Below, piece after piece: positions 13,041 through 24,945 of a DNA stretch of 64,000 nucleotides. The position numbers and the translations under genes are program-made. The notes beneath the pieces were generated by a model, which saw nothing but the letters and a program-made list of their open reading frames with translations, was not told the DNA's origin and made no database searches. Every line of letters begins with the position of its first letter. Position 1 is the first letter of the stretch. This stretch comes from Octopus sinensis (lineage: Eukaryota). The stretch covers positions 26,288,001-26,352,000 of the forward strand of contig NC_043020.1 in the NCBI RefSeq assembly GCF_006345805.1, given 5' to 3'.

Positions 13041-13075
13041 GTGTATGTGTGGTGGTGTGTGTGTGTGTGTGCACA
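12545..13075. repeat. (TA)n/(TATG)n/(TG)n microsatellite
   Basis: Read directly. Confidence 0.95.
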
Positions 13076-13304
13076 CGCATGATCACACCATGGAGTTTTA
13101 ACCACTAAGTGTTCATACATGTGTGTGAGTGTATTCTGTGCTGTGTGTGTGTGAGAGAGAGAGAATTATGCAGATGTATTAATATTAGTGCATATAATGC
13201 ATATGTGCAAGTACACGCATGCCTTTTTATCAGATGCACACATACACACTCTAGCAATTTACCGCTTTTACTCGTACACGCACATGCAAATATATATAGG
13301 CACA

Positions 13305-13650
13305 GGTCTGGCTATGAGGTTAAGGAGCATGTTTCTTAGCCATGTTGGTCTCAGGTTCAGTTCCTCTGCATGGCATCTTGTGCCGACCTATGCTTTGTGT
13401 GCGGATTTGATAGATGGAAACTGAAAGAAGCCTGTTGTGTATATATATATATGTGTGTCTGTGTTTGTCGCCCCATCATCACTTGAGAACCGATGCTGGT
13501 ATACTTACGTCCCCGTAACTTAGTGGTTCGGCAAAAGATATCGATAGAATAAGTACTAGGCTTACAATGACTAAGTCCTGGGGTCAGTTTGTTCAACTAA
13601 AACTGGTGTTCCAGCATGGCCACAGTCAAATGACTGAAATGAATAAAAGA
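13305..13650 (+). mobile_element. SINE family A, diverged
   Basis: Head-like GGTTCAGTTCCTCTGC and tail CAGCATGGCCACAGTCAAATGACTGAAA. Confidence 0.8.
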
Positions 13651-13689
<39 letters not shown>

Positions 13690-13719
13690 CATCATGTTGA
13701 ACTGTTAATCCCTGTACAG

Positions 13720-13900
13720 TTTTTCCTCTGTTTTTATTTTTTTTTTGTTCTCTCTCCTTTTTCGCCTCCCACTCCTCTCTGTCAAAGAGCTTATGCTCAA
13801 AACATCAAGGACTTTTCCATTCTTCCCTAGTATTAAACTAATACACCTGACTTTTGTTCCTTCACCTGTGTTCATCTTTTCTGGATTGATTAGATCACCT
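13720..13900 (+). mobile_element. Degenerate hammerhead-like-motif repeat
   Basis: CTCT-CTGTCAA-A-GAGC-TTAT-GCTC-AAAA-CAT-C at 13775-13810. Confidence 0.5.
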
Positions 13901-14087
13901 TGTGAGATATGATCCCTGTGAACTGCCATATGTCTTATCAGATCTGAAATTGACTTGCACGCTCTTTCTCACACTACATGTTGAATCACCCGATCTAGGA
14001 GGAAGGACATTTCATACTGTTGATCTTTCATGGAGCTTCGGATTATTGACATACCCACCTTTGGAAAAGAGTACAAGCAGGGCTGGG

Positions 14088-14504
14088 ATTAAAACCCATC
14101 GAGGCCCTAAGCACTTAAAAGATTTTGGTGCCCCCATAAAAGATTATGTAATTCAAAATATAAGCAATAACAAACCATAAAATAAATATTTATTTTTCAA
14201 AATGAAACAAAACAGTAAGAGAGAAAATAATGTTTATTTTTGTCTACTTCCACTTTATTTATATTTGAATTGTTTCCTCCTACTTTTTTGAATTGCAAAG
14301 TCTTTGATCAGATCCTCAAAATTAATCTGAGGTAACACATCTGCATCTATACTTAGTAGAGATAAGGGTATCCTGAATATTATTTTAGCAAGTTTAAAGT
14401 GATTTCTTTTGTATTGTAAACCATCTACCATTTCTGTGGTGCCCCCTCCTTCCCTTGATGCCCTTAGCATGTGCTTATTTTGCTTAATGGTTAATCTAGC
14501 GCTG
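14088..14504 (-). mobile_element. Non-autonomous hAT element retaining the transposase C-terminal (dimerisation) fragment
   Basis: TIRs CAGGGCTGGGATTAA / TTAATCTAGCGCTG; 8-bp TSD AGTACAAG/AGTTCAAG; minus-strand LSLLSIDADVLPQINFEDLIKDFAIQKSRRKQF*. Confidence 0.85.
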
Positions 14505-14589
14505 AGTTCAAGGTGACACATTTCCCCACCTCTTGCAGTTGATTTTCTCGTTGTGGTTCTGGTGACATCCCCTCTACATACATATAGGC

Positions 14590-14750
14590 GCAGGAGTGGC
14601 TGTGTGGTAAGTAGCTTGCTTACGAACCACATGGTTCTGGGTTCACTCCCACTGCATGGCACCTTGGGCAAGTGTCTTCTACTAAAGCCTCGGGCCGACC
14701 AAAGCCTTGTGATTGGATTTGGTAGACGGAAACTGAAAGAAGACCATCAT
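14590..14750 (+). mobile_element. SINE A head half
   Basis: GGAGTGGCTGTGTGGTAAGTAGC..GGTTCACTCCC..GGAAACTGAAAGAAG then (TA)n. Confidence 0.9.
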
Positions 14751-14757
14751 TATATAT

Positions 14758-14813
<56 letters not shown>

Positions 14814-14834
14814 ACCTTTCAAAATGTGACCTCG

Positions 14835-15030
14835 TGTGTACTGTTGGCGATTTTTTTTTCCTTTGTCTTCCCTTCTCTGGATCTTTCCTTTTCCTATGTT
14901 TCCAACGAAGAGCTCCGCTCGAAACGTTAAACCCTCCTTCTTTCCTTCCTTCCGGAGCGTCCAATAATACTATATTTGTTCCACGTCCTCGTGTTGTTGT
15001 GTTTTTTTGTGCTTTCTTGTTTGGATTAAC
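14835..15030 (+). mobile_element. Hammerhead-like-motif repeat, family HA
   Basis: GTTT-CCAACGA-A-GAGC-TCC-GCTC-GAAA-CGT-T-AAAC at 14898-14932; flanked by (TA)n. Confidence 0.7.
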
Positions 15031-15099
15031 TATATATATATATATATATATATACGTATGTATGTATGTAGGTATATGTTTGTGTGTCTGTGTTATGAT

Positions 15100-15580
15100 G
15101 ATGAGGGTTAGGCTAGCAGCAGTGATGTTGACGATGATGGCGATATGATAGTAATGATGGAAATTGTGGTGGTGGTAGTGATGATGATGCTGTTGCTGTT
15201 AGTGATGTTAGCACTGCTGATGATGCTTTCACTGGAATTTCAATTTTGAAACACATTATGTAGAAAAACTCAAAAATCTCACCACCACAGCAACCATCAC
15301 CACCATTATCGCCACCACTACCACCATCACTACCACCACCATCACCATCACCACAATCACCACTGCCACCACCATCGCCACAATCACCACCACCATCATC
15401 ATCATCACCATCACCACCAATATCGCTACCACTACCACCATCAACCCCACCATCACCCTCCAACAACATCACCACCACTACCAGCACCATCACCACAGTC
15501 ACCACTGCCATCTCTGCTACCACCACCACTACCACCATCATCATCATCACCACCAACGCCGCCGATCCCGCCGCTATCAT
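15100..15580. repeat. (GAT)n then (CAC/CAT)n microsatellites
   Basis: Read directly. Confidence 0.9.
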
Positions 15581-15734
15581 CACCCTTCAAACATAAGCTT
15601 TCGAGTGCTTTTGTAGGAGGAAAGTTTTTCACTTATTGCATTCCACTCATCCATCGATCTGTGCACCCCAGCCATCTTCCTCCCTCATCCACCCCTTTTG
15701 CTGCCATCAATGTCTTAAAAGAGAGAAAAAGAAC

Positions 15735-15779
<45 letters not shown>

Positions 15780-15818
15780 ACGGCAGCTAGCTGACTTGTG
15801 TAACACAGATTTTCTTAC

Positions 15819-15839
15819 CCCCAACTAAGAATGGTAAAT
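15819..15839 (-). CDS. Candidate 21-nt microexon, (D)LPFLVG
   Basis: Minus strand TCATTTGTCTTTGCAG|ATTTACCATTCTTAGTTGGGG|GTAAGA; frame-preserving; splice signals are the only support. Confidence 0.2.
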
Positions 15840-15949
15840 CTGCAAAGACAAATGACTAACAAGACAACAAAAATGTCTATTTATCATTGAAAAGGTGAAT
15901 GGTAAATGGTCGCCGCTGCTGCCTCGTCTTCTTCTTTTCTTTAATTCTT

Positions 15950-16097
15950 CAGCCTTCTTTTTCTACTCTTCTTTCTCTCTCTCTCTCTCTCTCTTTCATG
16001 TGCTTTCTCTCTATCTGTCTCTATTTCTTTCTCACTCTGTCTCTCTTTATTTTTTTTACTTTCTCTCTATTACTTTGTCTGTCTGTCTGTCAGTCAG

Positions 16098-16140
<43 letters not shown>

Positions 16141-16500
16141 CTCTATCTGTCTCTCTAGTTCTTTCTCTGTCTGTCCCTCTTCATTTCTTTGACTCTCTCT
16201 CTCTCTTACTTTGTCTATCTGTCAGTCTCCTTCTCTCTCTCTCTCTCTCTTTCATGTGCTTTCTCTCTATCTGTCTCTTCTGTCTCTCTTTATTTCTTTG
16301 ACTGTCTCTCTCTCTCTCTCTATTACTTTCTCTGTCTGTCTCTCTCTGTTACTTTGTCTCTACTTCTCTCTCTCACACATTCTTTCTCTCTATCTGTCTC
16401 TCTATTTCCTTCTCTACCTCTCTCTTTTACTCTTGTCTCTCTCCCTTTCTCTTTTCTGCTTCTTCTTCACTTGTCTTAGTCGTGGTTCTTCACTCTTCTT
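15950..16500. repeat. (CT)n/(CTGT)n polypyrimidine tract
   Basis: Read directly. Confidence 0.9.
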
Positions 16501-16659
16501 TGTGTAGTTCTGTCTTTTTCTTCTTTTCACTTCAACGGAACTAAAAATAAAGTACACAAACACACGCACACACCATGAATCCTGTTTTGCACAGAATCTG
16601 TCTGCAAGTAGAAGTAAATAAATAAATATATATCTATGTATGTTGGTAATTTTTGTCTT

Positions 16660-17295
16660 CAGTCTTCAAGTTCTAATGTCTTCATACTTCTTACCTTTAA
16701 ACTCAAGTCTTCTAATTCTTGAGTCTTCCAATTCTTCAGTCTTCCAATTCTTCAGTCTTCCAATTCTTCAGTCTTCCAATTCTTCAGTCTTCCAATTCTT
16801 CGATCTTCAAATTCTTCAATCTTCCAATTCTTCGATCTTCAAATTCTTTGATCTTCCAAATCTTCGGTCTTTGAATCCTACGTTCTTCAAATTCTTCGGT
16901 CTTGAATTCTTCAGTCTTATAATGCTTCGATCTTCCAATTCTTTGGTCTTCAAATTCTTCAGTCTTCGAATTCTTCGATTTTCCAATTCTTCAGTCTTCG
17001 AATTCTTCGATTTTCCAATTCTTCGGTCTTCCAATTCTTCGGTCTTCCAATTCTTCGGTCTTCCAATTCTTCGGTCTTCCAAATCTTCGGTCTTTGAATT
17101 CTACGCTCTTCAAATTCTTCAGTCTTATAATTCTTCGATTTTCCAATTCTTCGGTCTTCCAATTCTTCGGTCTTCCAATTCTTCGGTCTTCCAATTCTTC
17201 GGTCTTCCAAATCTTCGGTCTTTGAATTCTAAGTTCTTCAAATTCTTCGGTCTTCGAATTCTTCGGTCTTCCAATTCTTTGGTCTTCTGTCTTTA
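16660..17295. repeat. 16-bp minisatellite, consensus TCTTCCAATTCTTCGG, about 38 units
   Basis: Read directly; a decayed continuation at about 17540-17720 follows a MITE. Confidence 0.95.
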
Positions 17296-17299
17296 GTTT

Positions 17300-17532
17300 T
17301 ATCTGAATCCAGTCTTCTAGTTCTGTCCGAGACCAGCCTGAATTTATGATAGAAATTCCATGTTTTTAAAGTCATCTGCACTAAAACCCTTCATCAGAAT
17401 TCCATATCAATTTAGTCCCAAAAACTAACTTCACAATGCTAAACTCATTTTAATAAATTCTTCATTATTTTTCAAAAATTAACTGAAACAAAAACAAAAA
17501 AATGTAACAAATACGGTATTAGAAAGATTAAA
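17300..17532 (-). mobile_element. Diverged piggyBac-like MITE
   Basis: Ends AAATACGGTATTAGAAAGATTAA, matching the TTAACCCTTTCGTTACCGTATTT terminus of the 35143 and 36103 copies. Confidence 0.6.
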
Positions 17533-17832
17533 CTCTTGTATCTTCATAATTTTTTTGTCTTTGAACTATTCTGTTCTCCAGTTCTTCAGTGTTCATACAT
17601 CGTCTATCTTCACAGTTCTTCATACTTCTTTAGTCTTTGTAGTTCTTCGGTCTCAGAGTTCTTCAATCTTCATAGTTCTTGTCTTCCAGTCCTTCTGTCA
17701 TTTAATTTCTTCAAACTTCTCTCTCCCGCCAACCTTCCACAACAACTTCACCTTTTTTCTTGTGTTCTTCACATTCCTCAATCATTCTCTTCACCCCACC
17801 CCCTTATATACAGCTCCTTGTCTTTATATACA

Positions 17833-17878
<46 letters not shown>

Positions 17879-18044
17879 TGTATTTGACATATATTATTCT
17901 CTCGTTATTAGATTTACAAAAGGTAAATTCTAAATAATGTTCCACATTTTCCATTCCATTCCATTCTGTGGCCATGTTCCTTCACTTTTCCATCAGTTTG
18001 CTTTAGTTTTTGATTATTGTGCTCTGACTGTAATTGATAATTGC

Positions 18045-18665
18045 TATAGTCTGTGTGTATGTGTGTGTCTGTGTGTCCACCTGTATGTGTATTCCTATTA
18101 TTTTGTTCTTCGCATTGAGTTCACTTATACCAATACTAATCAGATTTTCGGTTTATTGCAGAATTTTTTTTGGTGCAAGTTGTGTGTGCATGTGCCTCTG
18201 TGTGTGTGTGTGTGCATGTGTGTGTGTATGTACCTGTGTGTGTGTGCTTGTGCCTGTGTGTGTGTATATTGTGTATGCATGTGTGTGTGTATGTGTCTGT
18301 ATATTGTGTATGCAACTGTGTGTGTGTATTGTGTGCATGTGTGTGTGTATGTGTCTGTATATTGTGTATGTATCTGTGTGTGTGTGTGTGTGTGTATTGT
18401 GCATGTGTGTGAGTGTGTGTGTGTATTGTCTGCTGTTTGTGTGTGTCTATGTATTGTGTATGCATCTGTGTGTGTGTGTGTGTGTACTCTTTCTCTGCTG
18501 TATGTGTGTGTGTATGTATGTATTGTATATGCATCTGTGTGTGTGTCTATATAATGTGTATGTATCTTTGTATGTGTGTGTATTTTCTCTGCTGTTTGTG
18601 TATGTATGTGTTGTGTGTATGCATCCATGTGTGTGTGTATTCTCTCTCTACTATTAGTGTGTGTG
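18045..18665. repeat. (TG)n-rich minisatellite with TATTGTGTATGCA spacers
   Basis: Read directly. Confidence 0.9.
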
Positions 18666-18954
18666 TCTGGGTGTCAATGTGTGAGCATCTTGTCTGATTT
18701 CGTTACATTTAAATGTCTCAACATCTGCTCTTTGTTCAATCTTTGCTGACGATCTTCCCCACTTCTTCCCCCCCCTTTCAAATGACTCTCCTTTCACGAC
18801 TCCCACTCCTTCACACCCTACAAACAGTGTTTCTGCATGGCTGAGTCAGTCACCTAACCTGTTAGAAACAACAGCTAAACCGTCTCTCATGTCACACATT
18901 ACCTTCTTAAATAGAGAAGTATATATTGGTTACGTACTAATGAGAGATATACAG

Positions 18955-19114
18955 GTGCAAGCATGGCTGTGTGGTAAGAAGCTTGCTTACAAACCACATG
19001 GTTCTGGGTTCGGTTCCACTGCATGGCACCTTGGGCAAGTGTCTTCTACTATAGCCTCGAGCTGACCAAAGCCTTGTGAATGGATTTGGTAGATGGAAAA
19101 TGAAAGGAGCCTGC

Positions 19115-19115
<1 letters not shown>
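18955..19115 (+). mobile_element. SINE A head half
   Basis: GGCTGTGTGGTAAG..GGTTCGGTTCC..GGATTTGGTAGATGGAAA. Confidence 0.85.
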
Positions 19116-19146
<31 letters not shown>

Positions 19147-19156
19147 GATAGATAGA

Positions 19157-19625
19157 TAATTGAAAGAAACACAGAGAATCTCAAAATAAATACGGTAGCG
19201 AAAGGGTTAAATGGTGATGATGATAAAGTATGCCTTGTGTCTGCAGACTATAGCTATGAGCAATAAACATGGCTGTGTTTAAGAAGTTAGATTGGTTAAT
19301 ATGCAGTTCCAAATTCAGTCCCATTTTGCAAAATCTTTGAAAAATATTTTCTGCAATGAATTCTTTGTCTCAGCCAGAAGCATTGCAAAAAGAAATTTTG
19401 GTCAACAGAATCTAATTGATAGATTATCCATGTTAGTGTTTCTCAAACCATTTTTTTACCTATTGACTCTCTTTGATTCCTATTTTGCTAGCATGGAAAT
19501 ATGGGCCTTAACCCTTTTGTTACCAACCCAGTTGAAACCAGCTCTGACTGTATAGTATAAATGTCTTGTTTTCATAAGTTCTGAATTAAAATCTTCCACC
19601 AAATTTTAGTCAAAATTTATGTTCG
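19157..19625 (-). repeat. Inverted duplicate of about 35700-36152 (MITE half, ~300-bp spacer, MITE half)
   Basis: Collinear reverse-complement match, e.g. AAACATGGCTGTGTTTAAGAAGTTAGATTGGTTAA vs TTAACCAATCTAACTTCTTAAACACAGCCATGTTT. Confidence 0.9.
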
Positions 19626-19844
19626 TGTTTATCTTAATTTTCCCCTACATTTGCTCTGTGCAAATCATAACTAATAACTGTTAAGTACAGTGGTCAAGTG
19701 ACCACTGTACTGGAAGCTGACTGGGTAAGGATGATCTATACGGTGCTCTAACTCATACAATAGTAGCCATACACGTAAGTGTACGCTCAAAATATACACA
19801 CACACACTCACACACACACTGATGTGTGTGTGTCAATATATCTT

Positions 19845-20071
19845 TCTCCTTTACTTGTTTCAGTCATTTGACTGCGGCCACGCTGGAGCACTGCCTTTAG
19901 TTGAGCAACTTTAGTCCAGGACTTATACCTCGTAAGCCTAGTACTTATTCTATCGGCCTCTTTTGCCGAACCGCTAGGTCACGGGGACGTAAACACATCA
20001 GCATCGGTTGTCAAGCGATATTGGGGCAACAAACACAGACATACAAACATATACACACACATACATACATA

Positions 20072-20110
<39 letters not shown>

Positions 20111-20280
20111 CATATATACGACGGGCTTCTTCCAGTTTCCATCTACCAAATCCACTCACAAGGCTTTGGTCAGCCCGAGGCTATAGTAGAAGACACTTGC
20201 CTGAGGTGCCACGCAGTGGGACTGAACCTGGAACCATGTGGTTGGTAAATAAGCTACTTACCACACAGCCACTCCTGCGC
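19845..20280 (-). mobile_element. SINE family A, full length
   Basis: Tail, internal (TA)n and head present. Confidence 0.9.
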
Positions 20281-20319
20281 CTTTATGTCAGTGTGTATGT
20301 ATATGGGGGTTGCATTCTA

Positions 20320-20660
20320 TGCCTTGACCTGAGCATAGACCAGGGCTGGCCTCCCTGAGCTGGGAAATGAATGGAATGCCTGGTATGTGTCTTGTTGTGG
20401 CTATCCCCTCCTAAAAAAGGGGTACACGTCTGTGGAGCACTCAGCCACTTGCAAGTTAATAAAAGAGCTGCAATGTCACTGGTGCCAAGCTGTATCGGTC
20501 CCTTTGCCTTTCCCTTGGATAACATCGGTGGCGTGAAGATGGGAGGTTGGTATGGTTGGGCGACTGCTGGTCTTCCATAAACAACCTTGCCCGGACTTGT
20601 GCCTCGGAGGGTAACTTTCTAGGTGCAATCTCATGGTCATTCATGACCGAAGGGGGTCAC
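20320..20660 (+). mobile_element. Unclassified interspersed repeat with a LINE-tail-like terminal hairpin
   Basis: GC-richer than its flanks; ends GGTCATTCATGACC-GAAGGGGG; classification is an inference. Confidence 0.4.
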
Positions 20661-20809
20661 AAGATGTGGGTACACTACACATTAGCAACAGGTAAGGTTG
20701 GTGACAGGAAGTGCATCCAGCTGTACAAAATTCTGTCTCAACAAAATTTCGTCCAATCCATGCAAGCATAGAAGAGTGGATGGTAAAGTGATGATGATAA
20801 TGAGAATAA

Positions 20810-21225
20810 GGCGGTGAGCTGGCTGAATCGTTAGCACGCCAGGCAAAATGCTTAGTGGTATTTCGTCTTCCGCTACGTTCTGAGTTCAAATTCCGCCGAG
20901 GTCGACTTTGCCTTTCATCCTTTCGAGGTCGATAAATTAAGTACCATTTACGCACTGGGGTCGATGTAATCGACTTAATCCATTTGTCTGTCCTTGTTTG
21001 TCCTCTCTGTGTTTAGCCCCTTGTGGGTAGTAAAGAAATAGGTATTTCGTCTGCCACTACGTTCTGAGTTCAAATTCCGCCGAGGTCGACTTTGCCTTTC
21101 ATCCTTTCGGGGTCGATAAATTAAGTACCAGTTACGCACTGGGGTCGATGTAATCGCCTTAATCCGTTTGTCTGTCCTTGTTTGTCCTCTCTATGTTTAG
21201 CCCCTTGTGGGTAATAAAGAAACAG
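20810..21225 (+). mobile_element. SINE family B dimer (184-bp unit)
   Basis: Head AAGGCGGTGAGCTGG; units start at 20857 and 21041. Confidence 0.9.
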
Positions 21226-21374
21226 ATAATGAGTATAGCCATTTCTCTGATGGTACCAAGGTCCTGTCTTCTCTTCTACAAATACTTCTAGTCTTTGGTG
21301 AAATTTTGCTCTTAGGCCTCTCGATTCTAGATTCTGTTGTCAAGGCATGGAAATGATATTAATGTGCAAATAAC

Positions 21375-21474
21375 CTTCAAGGTGTGTAATTTTTCTTTGA
21401 GTGGATGTTATTGAAGATAACAAGGTGTGGGAGAAGAGGTGGGAAGAACACAGAAGACGGCGATGCCACTTCAT
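21375..21474 (-). CDS. Candidate first coding exon MKWHRRLLCSSHLFSHTLLSSITSTQRKITHLE
   Basis: ATG preceded by about 200 nt with no upstream ATG seen; weak donor AAG|GTTATT; no homology recognised. Confidence 0.2.
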
Positions 21475-21739
21475 ATCGGCTTGTGGTTTGATCTTTATGA
21501 AGATTTATTGGTAAATAGATCTCAGGATATACTTCAATAACTTGCGATGCTAGATATTGAAGATGATGGTGATGATGATGATGGTGGTGGCGCTAGTGTA
21601 GGCGGGGTGGTGATGGCGGTGGCGGTGTGCCTTTTGAAGAATTTTAATATATGATGACGGATGTAATAATAATTTTATTGAAATGTGTTAATAAAATTTA
21701 AACTTTTACTTTTTAATTTGTTTTTAATATTTATGTCTA

Positions 21740-21890
21740 TGTATCAATGTGTATATAGGTACACGTATAGTGTGTGTATGTATATATATATGTCTGTGTG
21801 TATATATGTAAGTAGACATGTGTATATATATATATATATATAAGTAGATGTGTGTGTATATATATATGTATATATGTAAGTAGACGTATG

Positions 21891-21950
<60 letters not shown>

Positions 21951-22350
21951 GTGTGTATGTATATAGGTATGTATGTGTGTGTGTGTGTGTATGTATATAG
22001 GTATGTATGTGTGTGTGTGTGTGTATGTATATAGGTATGTATGTGTGTGCATGAGCAAGTATGTACTATATATATATGTGAGTATACATATATGTGTATG
22101 CATCTATGTATGTATGTATATATGTGCATACATATGTATATGTGAATATATATATACAAATATGTATATGTTTATATATATATCTTTATGTATGTGTATA
22201 CATATATGTATAAATGTGTACACATAAATATATATATATATGTGTGTGTGTGTATACATATTTGTATATGTGTATGAATATATGTATATATGTGAGTATA
22301 TACAGATGTTTGTAGGTGTATATATATATATATATATATACACTCACATA
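21740..22350. repeat. (TA)n/(TG)n compound microsatellite
   Basis: Read directly. Confidence 0.95.
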
Positions 22351-22687
22351 CACACACATTTATTATGTTTTAGTAATCAATATATATACAATAAACATGT
22401 CACTTCCTTTAGAATCCAAATATTATTGCAACATACCTATTGGTCCAATCAGATGAATTGCTATTTTGACAGAATAGATTGGAGCATAAGGGTTAAACAA
22501 ACCAAATTTTATCCCATTGCTAGTCTCAGAACCAAAGACAGAATTTACTAATTAAAGAAAATTCCTTCAGTGTCCTTAACACCGATATTTCTAATATATC
22601 ACATTACTAGTAGCAGAACCCAGACATATCTAGATCTGTGAATTCCTGGAATAATTACTGTTGTATCTGTCCCAGTTCTCGACTATT

Positions 22688-23110
22688 TCTATTGGGTTGT
22701 CTGGAAAGTTCCTGCCGATTTTTAAAGGAAAGAAAAAGGTCAAGAAATATTTGCCATTACATTTTTAATCAGCCAAATATGAACCATTTTGTTGCACAAT
22801 GCGTCTCCATCTTTCCTTTAACATGAAAATACCCTCTTCCCAGAATTGAGGTGGTTTCATGGCAAAGAATTTGTTGAGGTACTTTTTACATCATCCAAGG
22901 AATTGAGATTTTTACCATTAAGACTATTCTGCAGAGACCTGAATAAGTGGAAATCCGAAGGAGCAATATCTGGTGAATATGGAGGGTAGGGTAACACATC
23001 CCAGCCGAGCTGCAGCAATTTTTGTCTGGTTCCCAAAACATAAACCTTCTTCCATGAAAAGATAGCTTAAACTGTGCTCTAAATGGAGGTGTAGTCAACT
23101 CCTATTTTAT
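22688..23110 (-). mobile_element. Internally deleted mariner element, truncated (same family as 31396)
   Basis: TIR TATTGGGTTGTCTGGAAAGTT; minus strand PYPPYSPDIAPSDFHLFRSLQNSLNGK..KERWRRIVQQNGSYLAD* (mariner C-terminus with the third catalytic Asp). Confidence 0.9.
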
Positions 23111-23119
23111 GGACTCAAC

Positions 23120-23550
23120 CATGGTCTAAACCCCAGTGTTTCACTGGTATTTAATTTATTTCTCCTCCCACCACTACCACCATCCCCAGGATGAAAGGAA
23201 AAGTTGACCTTGGTGGAATTTGAACTCAGAACATAATAAAGCTGGACGGAATGCCATTAAGCATTTTGCCTAGCATGCTAATGTTTCTGTCAGCTCGACA
23301 CCTTAACAACAACAACAATAATGATGATAATAATAATCCTTTCTACTAAAGGCACAAGGTCTGAAATTTTGTGGGAAGGGACTAGTTGATTACATTGACC
23401 CCAGTGCTTCACTGGTACTTAATTTATTGACTCCGAGAGGATGAAAGGAAAAGTCGACCTCAGCAGAATTTGAACCCAGAATGTCAAGGCAGACGAAATA
23501 CCACTAAGCATTTTATCCAATGTGCTAATGATTCAGCCAGCTCACTATCC
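23120..23550 (-). mobile_element. Two diverged SINE B copies
   Basis: GGATGAAAGGAAAAGT(C/T)GACC..GGAATTTGAAC(T/C)CAGAA present twice. Confidence 0.8.
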
Positions 23551-23775
23551 TAATGATGATAATAATAATAATAACTGCACCTTCCATTTTTTGTTGTTTT
23601 TGTACTGCTTAAAGGCAGATTTCTTTCCTGCCAAGCTTACTGTTTAAACCATGTTTGTGTTCTCCCAGTCAACAGCCTTATCTTTACTGGTACTTTAAAC
23701 ACTTCGGTTGCATATTTGTATGAATAAAGTCGTTTTTCTTTGGAATAGAAAAAAAATTCTATCTTTATTTCTTCT

Positions 23776-23941
23776 TTTGCTGGTGTCTCAAATTTAGGTT
23801 AAATCAGTGTTTTTCAAAGGGGAGGCCTGTGGAACGGTCGGACTAGTTGTTTTGAGAAAATTTGGTTTAAATGTTTGACAACTCAGCACCGTCCATTGGA
23901 CGGGGGATGTTTTGCTCATTATTATTATTATTATGATAGAT
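23776..23941 (-). mobile_element. Partial copy of the 43561 Helentron/HINE-like element
   Basis: Reverse complement of about 43561-43720, including the CCGTCCA-N-TGGACGG hairpin and the ATCTA terminus. Confidence 0.65.
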
Positions 23942-24534
23942 TATGTCTCCACTATTGTTCCATAGCTTATCAGTTGTCTTACAAACAAATGCATTTCATG
24001 TATTATAGATTATGTCTCCTCTTTTGCTCCATAGTTTGTTTAAAACGATGGTTTCCCCCCACCCCGCACCGATCTTAATGCCGCAGTATGATGGAGAGAT
24101 CAAGTACAAAAACACACACATACAAAAACAAAAGAAAAATTTATTGCAACATGAATATTAGAAACACCAAAATTACTGGTACACTGGAGATTACATAAAA
24201 ACAGAATTAAAATCGGTTTTTAGAGTTGAAAAATTTAAAGAATAAGTACAGAAAAAAAACATTTCTTTTTTGTTTTTCTTACCTGTTTTTGTTTAATCAT
24301 ATTTTTGTGTAACAGAATTATAAATAACAAAGTTTGGTTTTTTGTTGTTTTTTTTTTTCAACACATTCTAAGCCTTAGCATTGAATTTTCTTAAACCTTA
24401 AATCATCACCATCATCACCATCATCATCGTCATCATCATCTTTGCCATCATCAATCATTGTTATCAATATCATCATCATCATCATCCTTGTCATCTTCAA
24501 CATCATCATCATCACCACCCCCATCATCATCATC

Positions 24535-24945
24535 TATTTCTTTACTACCCACAAGGGGCTAAACACAGAGAGGACAAACAAGAACAGACAAACGGATTAA
24601 GTCGATTATATCAACCCCAGTGCATAACTGGTACTTATTTAATCAACCTCGAAAGGATGAAAGGTAAAGCAGACCTCAGCGGAATTTGAACTCAGAACGT
24701 AACAGCAGACGAAATACCTATTTCTTTACTACCCACAAGGGGCTAAACACAGAGAGGACAAACAAGGACAGACAAACGGATTAGGTCGATTATATCGACC
24801 CAGTGCGTAACTGGTACTTATTTAATCGACCCCAAAAGGATGAAAGGCAAAGCAGACCTCGGCGGAATTTGAACTCGGAACATAAAAGCAGACGAAGTAC
24901 AGCTACGCATTTCGCCCAGCGTGCTAACGTTTCTGCCAGCTCACC
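24535..24945 (-). mobile_element. SINE family B dimer
   Basis: Junction GACGAAATAC|CTATTTCTTT on the plus strand. Confidence 0.9.

Noticed and set aside
16640-17296. 218-aa repeat ORF as a gene
   Set aside because: A 16-nt stop-poor unit yields the same peptide in all frames, and no independent support exists.
20530-20660. HDV-like ribozyme in the unclassified repeat
   Set aside because: The double pseudoknot could not be assembled by eye; an RNArobo or Infernal search would be needed.
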